Source: Mobula hypostoma (Eukaryota). From it: a stretch of DNA of 64,000 nt. The stretch's first letter is position 1. The number at the start of each line of letters is the position of its first letter. The notes under the pieces were generated by a model that saw only the letters and a program-made list of their open reading frames with translations, searched no databases and was not told the origin of the DNA. This document shows positions 12,638 through 25,590 of the stretch, one piece after another. The stretch covers positions 73,286,001 to 73,350,000 of the forward strand of contig NC_086097.1 of assembly GCF_963921235.1 (NCBI RefSeq). Direction: 5' to 3'. A program made the position numbers and the translations under genes.

Positions 12638-15600
12638 ATTTGGTATAATGTAGTGGCCATTACAGAGACTTGGCTGGCACCAGGGCAGGAATGGATTCTC
12701 AATAGTCCTGGATTTCAGTGCTTTAAAAGGGATAGAGAGGGCGGAAAAAGGGGAGGAGGGGTGGCATTACTGGTCAGGGATACTATTACAGCTACAGAAA
12801 GGGTGGGTAATGTAGTAGGATCCTCTTTTGAGTCAATATGGGTGTTAGTCAGGAACAGGAAGGGAGCAGTTACTCTACTGGGGGTATTCTATAGGCCCCC
12901 TGGTAGCAGCAGAGATACAGAGGAGCAGATTGGGAGGTAGATTTTGGAAAGGCGCAAAAATAATAGGGTTGTTATCATGGGTGACTTTAACTTCCCTAAT
13001 ATTGATTGGCACCTGATTAGTTCCAAGGGTTTAGATGGGGCAGAATTTGTTAAGTGTGTCTAGGATGGATTCCTGTCACAGTATGTGGATAGGCCGACCA
13101 GGGGGAATGCCATACTAGATCCAGTACTAGGTAATGAACTGGGTCAGATCACAGATCTCTCAGTGAGTGAGCATCTGGGGGACAATGACCACCGCTCCCT
13201 GGCCTTTATAATTATCATGGAAAAGGATAGAATCAAAGAGGACAGGAAAATTTTTAATTGGGGAAGGGCAAATTATGAGGCTATAAGGCTAGATCTTGCG
13301 GGTGTGAATTGGGATGATGTTTTTGCAGGGAAATGTACTATGGACATGTGGTCGATGTTTAGAGATCTCTTGCGGGATGTAAGGGATAAATTTGTCCCGG
13401 TGAGGAAGATAAAGAATGGTAGGGTGAAGGAACCATGGGTGACAAGTGAGGTGGAAAATCTAGTCAGGTGGAAGAAGGCAGCATACATGAGGTTTAGGAA
13501 GCAAGGATCAGATGGGTCTATTGAGGAATATAGGGAAGCAAGAAAGGAGCTTAAGAAGGGGCTGAGAAGAGCAAGAAGGGGACATGAGAAGGCCTTGGCG
13601 AGTAGGGTAAAGGAAAATCCCAAGGCATTCTTCAGTTATGTGAAGAAAAAAAGGATGGCATAGAAACATAGAAAATAGGTGCAGGAGTAGGCCATTCGGC
13701 CCTTCGAGCCTGCACCGCCATTTATTATGATCATGGCTGATCATCCAACTCAGAACCCCGCCCCAGCCTTCCTTCCATACCCCCTGATTCCCATAGCCAC
13801 AAGGGCCATATCTAACTCCCTCTTAAATATAACCAATGAACTGGCCTCAACTGTTTCCTGTGGAAGAGAATTCCACAGATTCACCACTCTCTGTGTGAAG
13901 AAGTTTTTCCTAATCTCGGTCCTAAAAGGCTTCCCCTTTATCCTCAAACTGTGACCCCTTGTTCTGGACATCCCCAACATCGGGAACAATCTTCCTGCAT
14001 CTAGCCTGTCCAATCCCTTTAGGATTTTATACGTTTCAATCAGAACCCCCCTCAATCTTCTAAATTCCAATGAGTATAAGCCCAGTTCATCCAGTCTTCC
14101 TTCGTATGAAAGTCGTGCCATCCCAGGAATCAATCTGGTGAACCTTCTTTGTACTCCCTCTATGGCAAGGATGTCTTTCCTCAGATTAGGGGACCAAAAC
14201 TGCACACAATACTCCAGGTGTGGTCTCACCAAGGCCTTGTACAACTGCAGTAGTACCTCCCTGCTCCAGTACTCGAATCCTCTCGCTATAAATGCCAGCA
14301 TACCATTTGCCTTTTTCACCACCTGCTGTACCTGCATGCCCACTTTCAATGACTGGTGTATAATGACACCCAGGTCTCGTTGCACCTCCCCTTTTCCTAA
14401 TCGGCCACCATTCAGATAATAATCTTGTTTTCCTATTTTTGCCACCAAAGTGGATAACTTCACATTTATCCACATTAAATTGCATCTGCCATGAATTTGC
14501 CCACTCACCCAACCTATCCAAGTCACTCTGCATCCTCTTAGCATCCTCCTCACAGCTAACACTGCCACCCAGCTTCATGTCATCTGCAAACTTGGAGATG
14601 CTGCATTTAGTTCCCTAATCCAAGTCATTAATATATATTGTAAACAACTGGGGTCCCAGCACTGAGCCTTGCGGTACCCCACTAGTCACCGCCTGCCATT
14701 CTGAAAAGGTCCCGTTTATTCCCACTCTTTGCTTTCCTGTCTGCTAACCAATTCTCCATCCACATCAATACCTTATCCCCAATACCGTGTGCTTTAAGTT
14801 TGCACACTAATCTCCTGTGTGGGACCTTGTCAAAAGCCTTTTGAAAATCCAAATATACCACATCCACTGGTTCTCCCCTATCCACTCTACTGGTTACATC
14901 CTCAAAAAATTCTATGAGATTCATCAGACATGATTTTCCTTTCACAAATCCATGCTGACTTTGTCCGATGATTTCACCGCTTTCCAAATGTGCTGTTATC
15001 ACATCTTTGATAACTGACTCCAGCAGTTTCCCCACCACCGACGTTAGGCTAACCGGTCTATAATTCCCCGGTTTCTCGCTCCCTCCTTTTTTAAAAAGTG
15101 GGGTTACATTAGCCACCCTCCAATCCTCAGGAACTAGTCCAGAATCTAATGAGTTTTGAAAAATTATCACTAATGCATCCACTATTTCTTGGGCTACTTC
15201 CTTAAGCACTCTGGGATGCAGACCGTCTGGCCCTGGGGATTTATCTGCCTTCAATCCCTTCAATTTACCTAACACCACTTCCCTACTAACAAGTATTTCG
15301 CTCAGGTCCTCCATCTCACTGGACCCTCTGTCCCCTACTATTTCTGGAAGATTATTTATGTCCTCCTTAGTGAAGACAGAACCAAAGTAATTATTCAATT
15401 GGTCTGCCATGTCCTTGCTCCCCATAATCAATTCACCTGTTTCTGTCTGTAGGGGATCTACATCCGTCTTTACCAGTCTTTTCCTTTTTACATATCTATA
15501 AAAGCTTTTACAGTCAGTTTTTATGTTCCCTGCCAGTTTTCTCTCATAATCTTTTTTCCCCTTCCTAATTAAGCCCTTTGTCCTCCTCTGCTGAACTCTG

Positions 15601-17946
15601 AATTTCTCCCAGTCCTCAGGTGAGCCACTTTCTCTGGCTAATTTGTATGCTTCTTCTTTGGAATTGATACTATCCCTAATTTCTCTTGTCAGCCACGGGT
15701 GCACTACCTTCCTTGATTTATTCTTTTGCCAAACTGGGATGAAGAATTGTTGTAGTTCATCCATGCAACCTTTAAATGCTTGCCATTGCATATCCATCGT
15801 CAATCCTTTAAGTGTCATTTGCCAGTCTATCTTAGCTAATTCACGTCTCATACCTTCAAAGTTACCCCTCTTTAAGTTCAGAACCTTTGTTTCTGAATTA
15901 ACTATGTCACTCTCCATCTTAATGAAGAATTCCACTATATTATGGTCACTCTTACCCAAGGGGCCTCTCACGACAAGATTGCCAATTAACCCTTCCTCAT
16001 TGCTCAAAACCCAGTCCAGAATAGCCTACTCTCTAGTTGGTTCCTCGACATGTTGGTTCAAAAAACCATCCCGCCTACATTCCAAGAAATCCTCTTTCTC
16101 AGCACCTTTACCAATTTGGTTCACCCAATCTACATGTAGATTGAAGTCACCCATTATAACTGCTGTTCCTTTATTGCACACATTTCTAATTTTGACAGGA
16201 GTGAAGGTAGGACTGATTAGAGATAAAGGTGGGAAGATGTGCCTGGAGGCTGTGGAAGTGAGCGAGGTCCTCAATGAATACTTCTGTTGGGTATTCACCA
16301 ATGAGAGGGAACTTGATGATGGTGAGGACAATATGAGTGAGGTTGATGTTCTGGAGCATGTTGATATTAAGGGAGAGGTGGTGTTGGAGTTGTCAAAATA
16401 CATTAGGACAGATAAGTCCCCGGGGCCTGACGGAATATTCCCCAGGCTGCTCCACGAGGCGAGAGAAGAGATTGCTGAGCCTCTGGCTAGGATCTTTATG
16501 TTGTCCACGGGAATGGTACCGGAGGATTGGAGGGAGGCGAATGTTGTTCCCTTGTTCAAAAAAGGTAGTAGGGATAGTCTGGGTAATTATAGACCAGTGA
16601 GCCTTACGTCTGTGGTAGGAAAGCTGTTGGAAAAGATTCTTAGAGATAGGATCTATAGGCATTTAGAGAATCATGGTCTGATCAGGGACAGTCAGCATGG
16701 CTTTGTGAAGGGCAGATCGTGACTAACAAGCATGATAGAGTTCTTTGAGGAGGTGACCAGGCATATAGATGAGGGTAGTGCAGTGGATGTGATCTATATG
16801 AATTTTAGTAAAGCATTTGACAAGGTTCCACATGGTAGGCTTATTCAGAAAGTCAGAAGGCATGGGATCCAGGGAAGTTTGGCCAGGTGGATTCAGAATT
16901 GGCTTGCCTCCAGAAGGCAGAGAGTGGTTGTGGAGGGAGTACATTCAGATTGGAGGATTGTGACTAGTGGTGTCCCACAAGGATCTGTTCTGGGACCTCT
17001 ACTTTTTGTGATTTTTATTAACGACCTGGATGTGGGGGTAGAAGGGTGTGTTGGCAAGTTTGCAGACGACACAAAGGTTGGTGGTGTTGTAGATAGTGTA
17101 GAGGATTGTCAAAGATTGCAGAGAGACATTGATAGGATGCAGAAGTGGGCTGAGAAGTGGCAGATGGAGTTCAACCCGGAGAAGTGTGAGGTGGTACACT
17201 TTGGAAGGACAAACTCCAAGGCAGAGTACAAAGTAAATGGCAGGATACTTGGTAGTGTGGAGAAGCAGAAGGATCTGGGGGTACATGTCCACAGATCCCT
17301 GAAAGTTGCCTCACAGGTGGATAGGGTAGTTAAGAAAGCTTATGGGGTGTTAGCTTTCATAAGTCGAGGGATAGAGTTTAAGAGTCGCGATGTAATGATG
17401 CAGCTCTATAAAACTCTGCTTAGGCCACACTTGGAGTACTGTGTCCAGTTCTGGTCACCTCACTATAGGAAGGATGTGGAAGCATTGGAAAGGGTACAGA
17501 GGAGATTTACCAGGATGCTGCCTGGTTTAGAAAGTATGCATTATGATCAGAGATTAAGGGAGCTAGGGCTTTACTCTTTGGAGAGAAGGAGGATGAGAGG
17601 AGACATGATAGAGGTGTACAAGATAATAAGAGAAATAGATGGAGTGGATAGCCAGTGCCTCTTCCCCAGGGCACCACTGCTCAATACAAGAGGAAATGGT
17701 TTTAAGGTAAGGGGTGGGAAGTTCAAGGGGGATATTAGAGGAAGGTTTTTTACTCAGAGTGGTTGGTGTGTGGAGTGCACTGCCTGAGTCAGTGGTGGAG
17801 GCAGATACACTAGTGAAGTTTAAGAGACTACTTGATAGGTATATGGAGGAATCTAAGGTGGGAGCTTATATGGGCAGGGTTTGAGGGTCGGCACAACATT
17901 GTGGGCTGAAGCGCCTGTACTGTGCTGTACTATTCTATCTATCTAT
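12638..17946 (+). mobile_element. CR1 LINE ORF2 (APE + RT), 5'-truncated, interrupted at 13659-16192
   Basis: VVAITETWL, GVFYRPP and LGDNDH in the first part. KAFFSYVKKKRM continues as TGVKVGLIRD after the insertion. RT motifs [26 protein letters not shown]. Tail tattctatctatctatg. Confidence 0.9.
13659..16192 (-). mobile_element. Young 5'-truncated CR1 (same family as 47969-52307) nested in reverse orientation
   Basis: ORFs 14682-16007 and 13750-14568 are almost identical in translation to 49210-52238. (catagaaa)n tail at 13659-13674. Short tggca/tgaca duplication at the junctions. Confidence 0.92.
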
Positions 17947-18977
17947 GTCAAAACTTATATAGGTGTGTCGTGGAGAACATTCTGACAGGCAGCATCACTG
18001 TCTGGAATGGAGGGGCTACTGCACAGGACCAAAAGAAGCTACAGAAGGTCGTAGATGTACTCGGCTCCATCTTGAGTACTAGCCTACAAAGTACCCAGGA
18101 CATCTTCAAGGAGCGGTGTCTCAGAAAGGCAGCATCTATTATTGCGGACCCCCAGCACCCAGGGCATGCCCTTTTCTCACTGTTACTGTCAGGTTGGAGG
18201 TATAGAAGCCTGGAGGCACACACTCAGCCATTCAGGAACAGCTACTTCCCCTCTGCCATCTGATTCCCAAATGGACATTGAACCCATGAACACTGACTCA
18301 CTTTTTAAATATATATATTAGTGTTGTTTTTGCATGATTTTTTATCTATTCAATATACATATAATGTAATTGATTTACTTATTTATTTAGTTTCTTCAAT
18401 ATTATGTATTGCAATGAACTGCTGCTGCTAAGTTTACAAATTTCACGACACATGCCGGTGATAATAAACCTGATTCTAATAGTGTTACTCATTATTACTT
18501 GATTGGTCCCTGCAATATTTCTCACAGTTTCGTTTTCTTAGATTCAGTTATAAGTATAGTTTTACTGATGTCCACTTTCCACTTCCTCTTCTTGGTCTTG
18601 CAGATCTAATGATAAATTGGTATGGGAATGGGGCAGCAGCAAACTGCACAAGTGTGAAGTGAGAATGTTAGGTGTACTAGGGACCAAAGCAACTTAGGCT
18701 GCATATTAACCTTTTTTTGTCTATGTGGTGGCATTTCTCTTTCTATAAATGCATGTAAACAGAATGTCTCAACAATATGAAATATTGCTACCTTATCATA
18801 GTTGTTTCAGATGAGTGGTAGAAGCTATTTCTTGCAAATTGTGAGGCTTAATAAGTTTTTCATTTGAGCTAAGAGGTTGACTCCGCTACCAAACATTGCA
18901 TTCATATCTGGTATGGCAACTGCTCTGCTGTGGACTCTCAGAATATAAAGTGTGTTTTTGGAATTATAGTGGCAAAC

Positions 18978-19453
18978 CCTAACAAACAAATGCCACTGCC
19001 AGTAACCACAACGGATAGTTATCCTTGTATGACATACCGTACAATCCATCCAAAGATAGTGTTCCACAAAGTTGAAGAAATGTATTTGATCCTTTCCTAG
19101 CAACTAACAAAACTTGCAATCTTGAATTGATGAAACTTATGAAACTAAGATTAGCGGTATTAAACAAACTTAAGTGGACTTAATTGCAGTTAAGTAGAGT
19201 TAAGTGATATAATTAAATGAAATGAACTGATGTAATTAGCGAAATTAAGTGAAGTTAAATATAATTAAGCGGTCAACAAAAGATATGATGTTTGTCGGTC
19301 CCCAGTGCTAAAACTAAATTGCAGAGAACCAAGCACAAATATGTAACAAAACCCTTCGCTTTTACCACGCCCCCACCCACATGACTAACTACCATAATAA
19401 ACGTGCAACACAGATTACAATGCAGATAGAGCACAGAATACGTGACTCCTACA
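18978..19453 (-). repeat. 3' LTR of the BEL/Pao element
   Basis: Homologous to 25170-25590 (ttatccttgtatgac, gttccacaaagt, cagttaagtagagttaagtgat, ctaaaactaaa). Right edge ...cctaca next to the PPT. Left edge uncertain. Confidence 0.8.
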
Positions 19454-22400
19454 TCCCAGCCCCCTAATTATTATATTTTGATAATTATAACTGCATACTA
19501 CCAAAGCACAGGAGACATGAAATATTAATGTTCACACAAATGGCCTCTTTCTTCTTCCAAACAAATCATGCAATACTCATCTAGACCAGAGATTACCAGT
19601 GCTTAGCCCAGACTGAAACCTATAGAAAACAAATCTTGGTTATTGGTTGATCCAAGCAGCTGGCCTGGGTCCTGATGCGTAGCTGTCACACTAATCTGTT
19701 TCTGTCTGAAAAAACTTTAATAACTTTTCCCATAACCTATGAGTTTCGAGGTCATTATCTATAAGCATAATAATGCACGGAAGGAAATTTTATCTTATAC
19801 TCGACCATATTGACATTCTTGTAGCTGGGGTAAATGTTCTTTGATCCACCGTTTCCCAAACAAGTTTGACGGGTATTGACTTGCTTCTATCCATAACAAG
19901 AATAAACATCCTCCTTTCAGAACTCTCCTGGTGGTAAGCATGGTGAGGTCTTAAGAAGCAACAGATGATTGGGTGTTGATCACAAAAATCATTGGGATTG
20001 GATGATCCTTTGTAATCGGACAACCATTCATAATAGCCTGTACTTCACAAAAAGCTGTGTGAAGCCCCTCTTCAATATTCTGCACCTTCATGATGGAATT
20101 GAGAACCTTCCTTACCGACCTAGTCAATCTCTCCCATGCTCCTTCATGATGCATGCCAGCTGAGAGACTAAAACTCCACTTAATTTCTTTCTGAGGAAGT
20201 ACATCACTGATCTGTGAAAGATCCTGCTTCTCAATGGCGTCTGTCAACACATGCTCAGCTCCAAAGATTTTGTCTCCGATTCAGTCTACGTGGCATTCAT
20301 TATGACAATCTCCTTGACTTCTGGATCATCTAGTGAAAGTTCTTCAGAACAATCAGGATTCATAGGCCATTCACTTTCAGGCTGAAGGATGTATTCAGGT
20401 CCTGACACCCAAGTCTTATTCTGCGGAAACGCCTTCACCTTCATCCCTCTGGAGGTTACATTTGTAGGGTTGATTGAAGTATTCACATACCATTGAAATA
20501 CCTGTGAGATCTAAGAACTTCTGAAACGCTGTTAGTGACGAAGGTTCGAAACCAGGAAACTTCATTCTTAATGTACTTCAGCACAGAAATACTATCAGTC
20601 CAAAAAACTGAGGCCTGAAGCTACAAATGCAACTCCTTCTTCCACAATATGTCCCTGCGGCTTGCCGTTGTAGCAGCAATGAACTCCATACGATGGTTGG
20701 AAACCAACTTCAATGGAGCTACCCTAGATTTTCTCATTATAAGAGCACTGTGTACCTGTGAATACGTGTCATGCAACAACAGGTAAAGTCACTAATCTGT
20801 AGCCATCTTTATTCACATCTATAAAATGGTGTAACTGTGCAATAGTAACTTATTTCAAAATCCAAGTGTTACAAACACCTAGCTCCCCTAAAGTCTTCCA
20901 ATTGGCAAAGTTCTTCCAGCCACCTTATCCACTTGTGAGCAACTGATATTTGTATAGCGTCATCCCAACACAGCCCTCTCTTGCATGGGGGTCTTGTAGA
21001 ATCTTCCTAGCAGATAAGACTCAAGATTCCTAAAGTGTCATAGATGTAACTAACTGTGGAAAGGATTCCCCCTTCTAGTAAGTGATTTATCCTGGGTCGT
21101 GATCTTAAACTTGAATATATCACACTGGACAAACAATCGCACAACTAGTACTCTCTCCACTGAAGGATTTATCTTGATCCCAATCCAAATCCTCATTGTC
21201 TTTCGCTCTTTGTTCTTCCAGTATAGCAGATAGCATACTATGTCTGTTGCATATCCATTTTGTGAGTCAAAAACTGCCTTTAGCACAAATGGATACAAGG
21301 TCATGATGCTAGGCTATCATCAACATAGAAGCAATGTAAAACCTTATCCACCGTCTTGCGGCTTAACTGTTCTTCATTATCTTCTGCACACTTCCTAAGA
21401 GTGAAATTGGCACAACTCGGTGATGAAGTTGCTCCAAAGAGATATACCACCATTGTAAAGTCTTGGCTGAGGTCATCATCAGTCCACCAGAGAAACTTGA
21501 GTGGGTTTACAACTCTGGCTGTAACAACTCAGCATTAAGTGATATTCCCTGAGAAGTTACTCCACAGTCGAGCACAACACGAAGTTTCCCTTTCTTGGGG
21601 TGATAAACAGTGTGATGTGGAATATACCAGACTTTCCCATCACTGCCTTCCAGATCCTCTGCTGGCATTCTTTCAGCATAACCTTTGGAGATGACATCCT
21701 TCAAGAATGCTGTGTAGGTAGTGTGAAATGACAAATCCTTATTGAAACTCTTCTTTAGATTCAGAGCACACTGCTCAGCAATATTCCTGTTATTGCATAT
21801 TTTAACATTCCTCTTCCTCAGAGGTAAACTATCTGGTAGTGACCATCGATCATTTTTGCAGAACTTTCCACCAGCTCCATGAATTTGTAATCTTGTCTTG
21901 ACAAACCAGGTTGTTCCTTCTGATTGCATTCAGGAAAATCTGTCTTGAATTGCTGTTACAAAAGCTCAACCAAGCTCAAAACTGAAATCCTGTTAACTGT
22001 CAGCTCTGACTGAACATAGTCTCTTCCACCAGAGGGGTGTCTTTTCAATAGTCTATTAACAATCCAATTGATCTGATTGCATAGGGTCTGTCATTAACAC
22101 TGTGAATCTCTTGCAATGGCTCAAATGCTTCAGACACGTTCATCCCTATTAGCAGCTCAATTTTTGAATCAATTTCTAGCAAATGAATAAGTTTCAGGTG
22201 AAACCATTCCTGAAGCTTCCTCTGATGAGAAATGTTCCCTTTGAGGACATGTATACTGTTCCTGTCTACAGATGTTAGGCAGTTCCCAATAGTTCACACT
22301 ATCTAAACCATCCACTTCCAATCCTGAAATGACGTAGCTACTCATGACCTTCTCTTGACCCATGTTGTGTAAGAGAATGCATCTTCCTTCACTTGTTAAG

Positions 22401-22876
22401 TTGAGCTTGTTCTTGAGGCTCACTGCTATAATTCCTCGATCTAGGAAAACATAAGTAACCACTGTCTTGTTACCCTTCTTAGACTTCGCCTAAACTGGAC
22501 TTATAGCAAGTTTACAATCATGATCAGCAGGGATACCAGTTGGATACCAGCGAGTAACTCACTGCTGTGTTTGATTTTTCCATGGCTTGTTTCAAATGTG
22601 CACCCTTTTCTTCAGAGTGAGTATGAAGTATATTGGATGCTTTCCACTGCATACTTTGCATGAAAGATTCTTCCTGCAATCCTGTACACGAACAACCAAT
22701 GCAGACACCATTTTCATTTAGGAGGGCAATCTTCTCATTATGAACTATTTTCTCCAACTGAGGGCATGAATTCAAAGTATGCTCACCCTGGCAGAACAGA
22801 TAAACCCTTCCGTCTGACGAGACCACTTCCCTTTCGTTAGTTCTGTGCTCAGTTTTAGCTATAGTAGTGGTAAAGC

Positions 22877-23077
22877 AGCCATCTGGTGGTGTAGTGGCAT
22901 CAGCACTGGACTTCGATGTACATGGTCCCAAGTTTGAATCTGGCCTTCTCTTTGCACACCTTCCATTCGTGCTGGGTTGAGCACTGAGCTAACAACTCAG
23001 CCTAATTTTAAAAAGACAGTCAAATACTATGGAAATGGCAAAACGCTGCCTGATGCTCCAAAAGTAACAACGCCAAC
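22877..23077 (+). mobile_element. tRNA-derived SINE with (CAA)n-like tail inserted into BEL gag
   Basis: A-box tggtgtagtgg, B-box-like aagtttgaatc, tail aacaacgccaac. TSD agtagtggtaaagc (22863-22876) / agtagtggcaaagc (23078-23091). Confidence 0.75.
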
Positions 23078-23997
23078 AGTAGTGGCAAAGCTGCTTTTAG
23101 CTTTAGAACAAATTTGTGCCTTAGTTTTGTTCACACCTTTGCTTACTGCCAATGATGTAGCATCATATAAATTCCCAAACACTGGGTGTGTAGCAATCTT
23201 TCCTTGCCTTTCAATAAAATCACCAAAGTCAGTGAAAATAATCTTATGGTTATGCTTTTCTTGCAGTTTACAGACCACTGATCTCCATTTTTCCCTAAAC
23301 TTATGGAGCAATTTCTTTACGACAGTTGTCATATTAGCAGGGGTGTCCAGCGCACACATATCCTGCACTTCTTCCATGACCTTGCAAACCCTCTAAGAAA
23401 AGACTGTAGTCTTAAAGAGCGTTCACGTCAGGATGTACATCATCCTGAAAATCATCAGTCTTATACATAGTCACAGCAAACATTTTCTTCCAGCAATTTG
23501 ACCTTCAACATCACGTGTTTGTTTCAACCATTGTTCAGCCTCTGCTGTGACTGTATTAATAAGAGTATCAATATTTGCATAACTTTTGGTTTGTCTATCT
23601 TGCTCTGAGATGGGTATTAAAGACGACAGCAAGTTATGTTGTTTAGCAACATCACAAAGATTTTTCAAATCATCTGAATGAGACTGTACTTGCAAGACAT
23701 TTTGTTCTGCTTGTAGAAAGCTTTGAATTAACAATATTAAGTCATTAATCTTAATTTTAATATAGTCCTTTCGAACACTGTCAATTCTTGTTGCCAAAGC
23801 TTTCCCTGCAGGTTTAATTTCTCTTTTAGTCCTAACTTCAAGGTCATTGCTTCCAGTTGTACGCGAACCAGACGGAACAACGGCTTTCAATTCAGATGTT
23901 GGCAATCAAAGTATTTCAGCATTTCAACAGAACCAAGTGCCGAACTCTTAGGCAAGCACCAAACTGTAGAGCTTACCTTCAGCAATGACCGTTCCAA

Positions 23998-25007
23998 GCA
24001 ACACACATCAAAGTTGCTGGTGAACACAGCAGGCCAGGCAGCAGCTCTAGGAAGAGGTACAATCGACGTTTCAGGCAGAGACCCTTCATCAGGACTAACT
24101 GAAGGAAGAGTTAGGAAGAGATTTGAGAGGGGGAGGGGGAGATCCAAAATGATAGGAGAAGACAGGAGGGGGAGTGATGGAGCCAAGAGCTGGACAGGTG
24201 ATTGGCAAAAGGGATACGAGAGGATCATGGGACAGGAAGTCCGGGGAGAAAGACAGGGGGTGGGGAACCAGAGGATGGGCAAGGGGTATAGTCAGAGGGA
24301 CAGAGGGAGAAAAAGGAGAGTGAGAGAAAGAATGTGTGTATAAAAATAAATAACGGATGGGGTACGAGGGGGAGCTGGGGCATTAGCGGAAGTTAGAGAA
24401 GTGGATGTTCATGTCATCAGGTTGCAGGCTACCCAGACGGAATATAAGGTGTTGTTCCTCCAACCTTCATCTTTACAGCAGAGGAGGCCGTGGATAGAGA
24501 TGTCAGAATGGGATGTGGAATTAAAATCTGTGGCCACTGGGAGATCCTGCTTTCTCTGGTGGACAGAGCGTAGGTGTTCAGCAAAGCAGTCTCCCAGTCT
24601 GTGTTGGGTCTCACCAATATATAGAAGGCCACATTGAGAGCACCGGACGCAGTATATCAACCCAGCCGACTCACAGGTGAAGTGTCGCCTCACCTGGAAG
24701 GACTGTCTGGGGCCTTGAATGGTGGTGAGGGAGGAAGTGTAAGGATATGTGTAGCACTTGTTCTGCTTACAAGGATAGGTGCCAGGCGGGAGATCGGAGG
24801 GGGGGGTGGGGGGACAACGAATGGACAAGGGAGTCGCGTAGGGAGCGATCCTAGCGGAAAGCAGAGAGAGGGTGGAGGGAAAGATGTGCTTAGTGGTGGG
24901 ATCCCGCTGGAGGTGGCGGAAGTTGCGGAGAATAATAAATTGGACCCGCACCAGCAACTTTGATGTGTGTTGCTTGAATTTCCAGCATCTGCAGAATTCC
25001 AGTTGTT
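23998..25007 (-). mobile_element. Penelope-like element 3' part (GIY-YIG endonuclease) with short inverted terminal copy, inserted into BEL
   Basis: ORF 24409-24957 has RHFTCESAGLIYCVRCSQCGLLYIGETQHRLGDCFAEH. Hammerhead at 24061-24097. TSD aatgaccgttccaa (23984-23997) / aacgaccgttccaa (25008-25021). Confidence 0.9.
24061..24097 (-). ncRNA. Minimal type I hammerhead ribozyme motif
   Basis: Minus strand uaguc-CUGAUGA-agggucucugccu-GAAA-cGUC-gauu. Confidence 0.7.
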
Positions 25008-25169
25008 AACGACCGTTCCAAACTATGTTCCAACCCCATCGCACAGCGTGAATCAACAAAAGGTCCTTGCTTGCCACAAGCTGCTCCTGATTTCACTGAC
25101 ACGTCCGAACGCTGATGCTTCTTTGATATAACTGTCAAAATCTTGGTTGACAAAAGTGGAGCAGCAAAT

Positions 25170-25590
25170 TGTAACAAGCCAATGTTGCTGCTAGCGACCC
25201 CAGTGGAGAATTATCCTTGTATGACGTGCCCTCCAATTGATCCAATAGTAAAGTTCCACAAAGTCGGAGAAATGTATTCAGTCCTTGATTAGTAACTAGC
25301 AAAACATATAATCTTGAAGAGATGAAACTTATGGAACTAAGACTAGCGATATTAAATGTACCTAAACGGCCTTGATGACAGTTAAGTAGAGTTAAGTGAT
25401 GTAATTAAGTGAGGTTAAGCATAATTACGTGGTCAGCAAAAGATATGACATCCGTCAGTCCACAGTACTAAAACTAAACTGCTGAGAGCTAAACACGAAT
25501 ATGTAACAAAACTTTTCACTTTTACCACAACCCCAACCACGTGACTAGCTACCATCAGTGCAGACAGAGAACAGATGCATGACTGTTACA
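25170..25590 (-). repeat. 5' LTR of the BEL/Pao element
   Basis: TGTAAC...GTTACA termini. The left boundary could extend to tgtcaaaa at ~25133. Confidence 0.8.

Larger units (their letters stand above)
10780..18480 (+). mobile_element. Rex1/Babar-type LINE (10780-12637 and 17947-18480), split by nested CR1 insertions
   Basis: APE endonuclease remnants (KCRPFCLPCEIS, VAVYIPPQAN, GDFNQ, TLDYCYTT, GKSDH) and RT remnants (SAFNTIIP, GAPQGCVL, ARQRLYFIRSLKRFGM). Resumes at 17947 with YRCVVENILTGSITVW. Tail ataataaacctgattct. Confidence 0.85.
18978..25590 (-). mobile_element. Decayed BEL/Pao LTR retrotransposon (gag-protease-RT-RNaseH-integrase remnants)
   Basis: gag KFREKWRSV..FIERQGKIATHPVFG; protease TYVFLDRG; RT VWYIPHHTVYHPKKGKLRVVLDC..SLNAELLQ; integrase HHEGAWERLTRSVRKVL. 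Direct repeats at both ends. Polypurine tract agggggctggga (minus strand, 19454-19465) abuts the 3' LTR. Confidence 0.88.

Noticed and set aside
15643..16722. 359-aa ORF that looks like a novel N-terminus fused to an RT
   Set aside because: Chance read-through from the antisense strand of the inner CR1 into the outer CR1 at the 16192 junction. The same applies to 16026-16559 on the minus strand.
18640..18700. RMLG peptide resembling the first coding exon of STXBP6
   Set aside because: Only a 4-residue match, followed shortly by a stop, and the surrounding sequence does not fit.
22877..22945. tRNA gene
   Set aside because: The cloverleaf is degenerate and is followed by a SINE body, tail and TSD.
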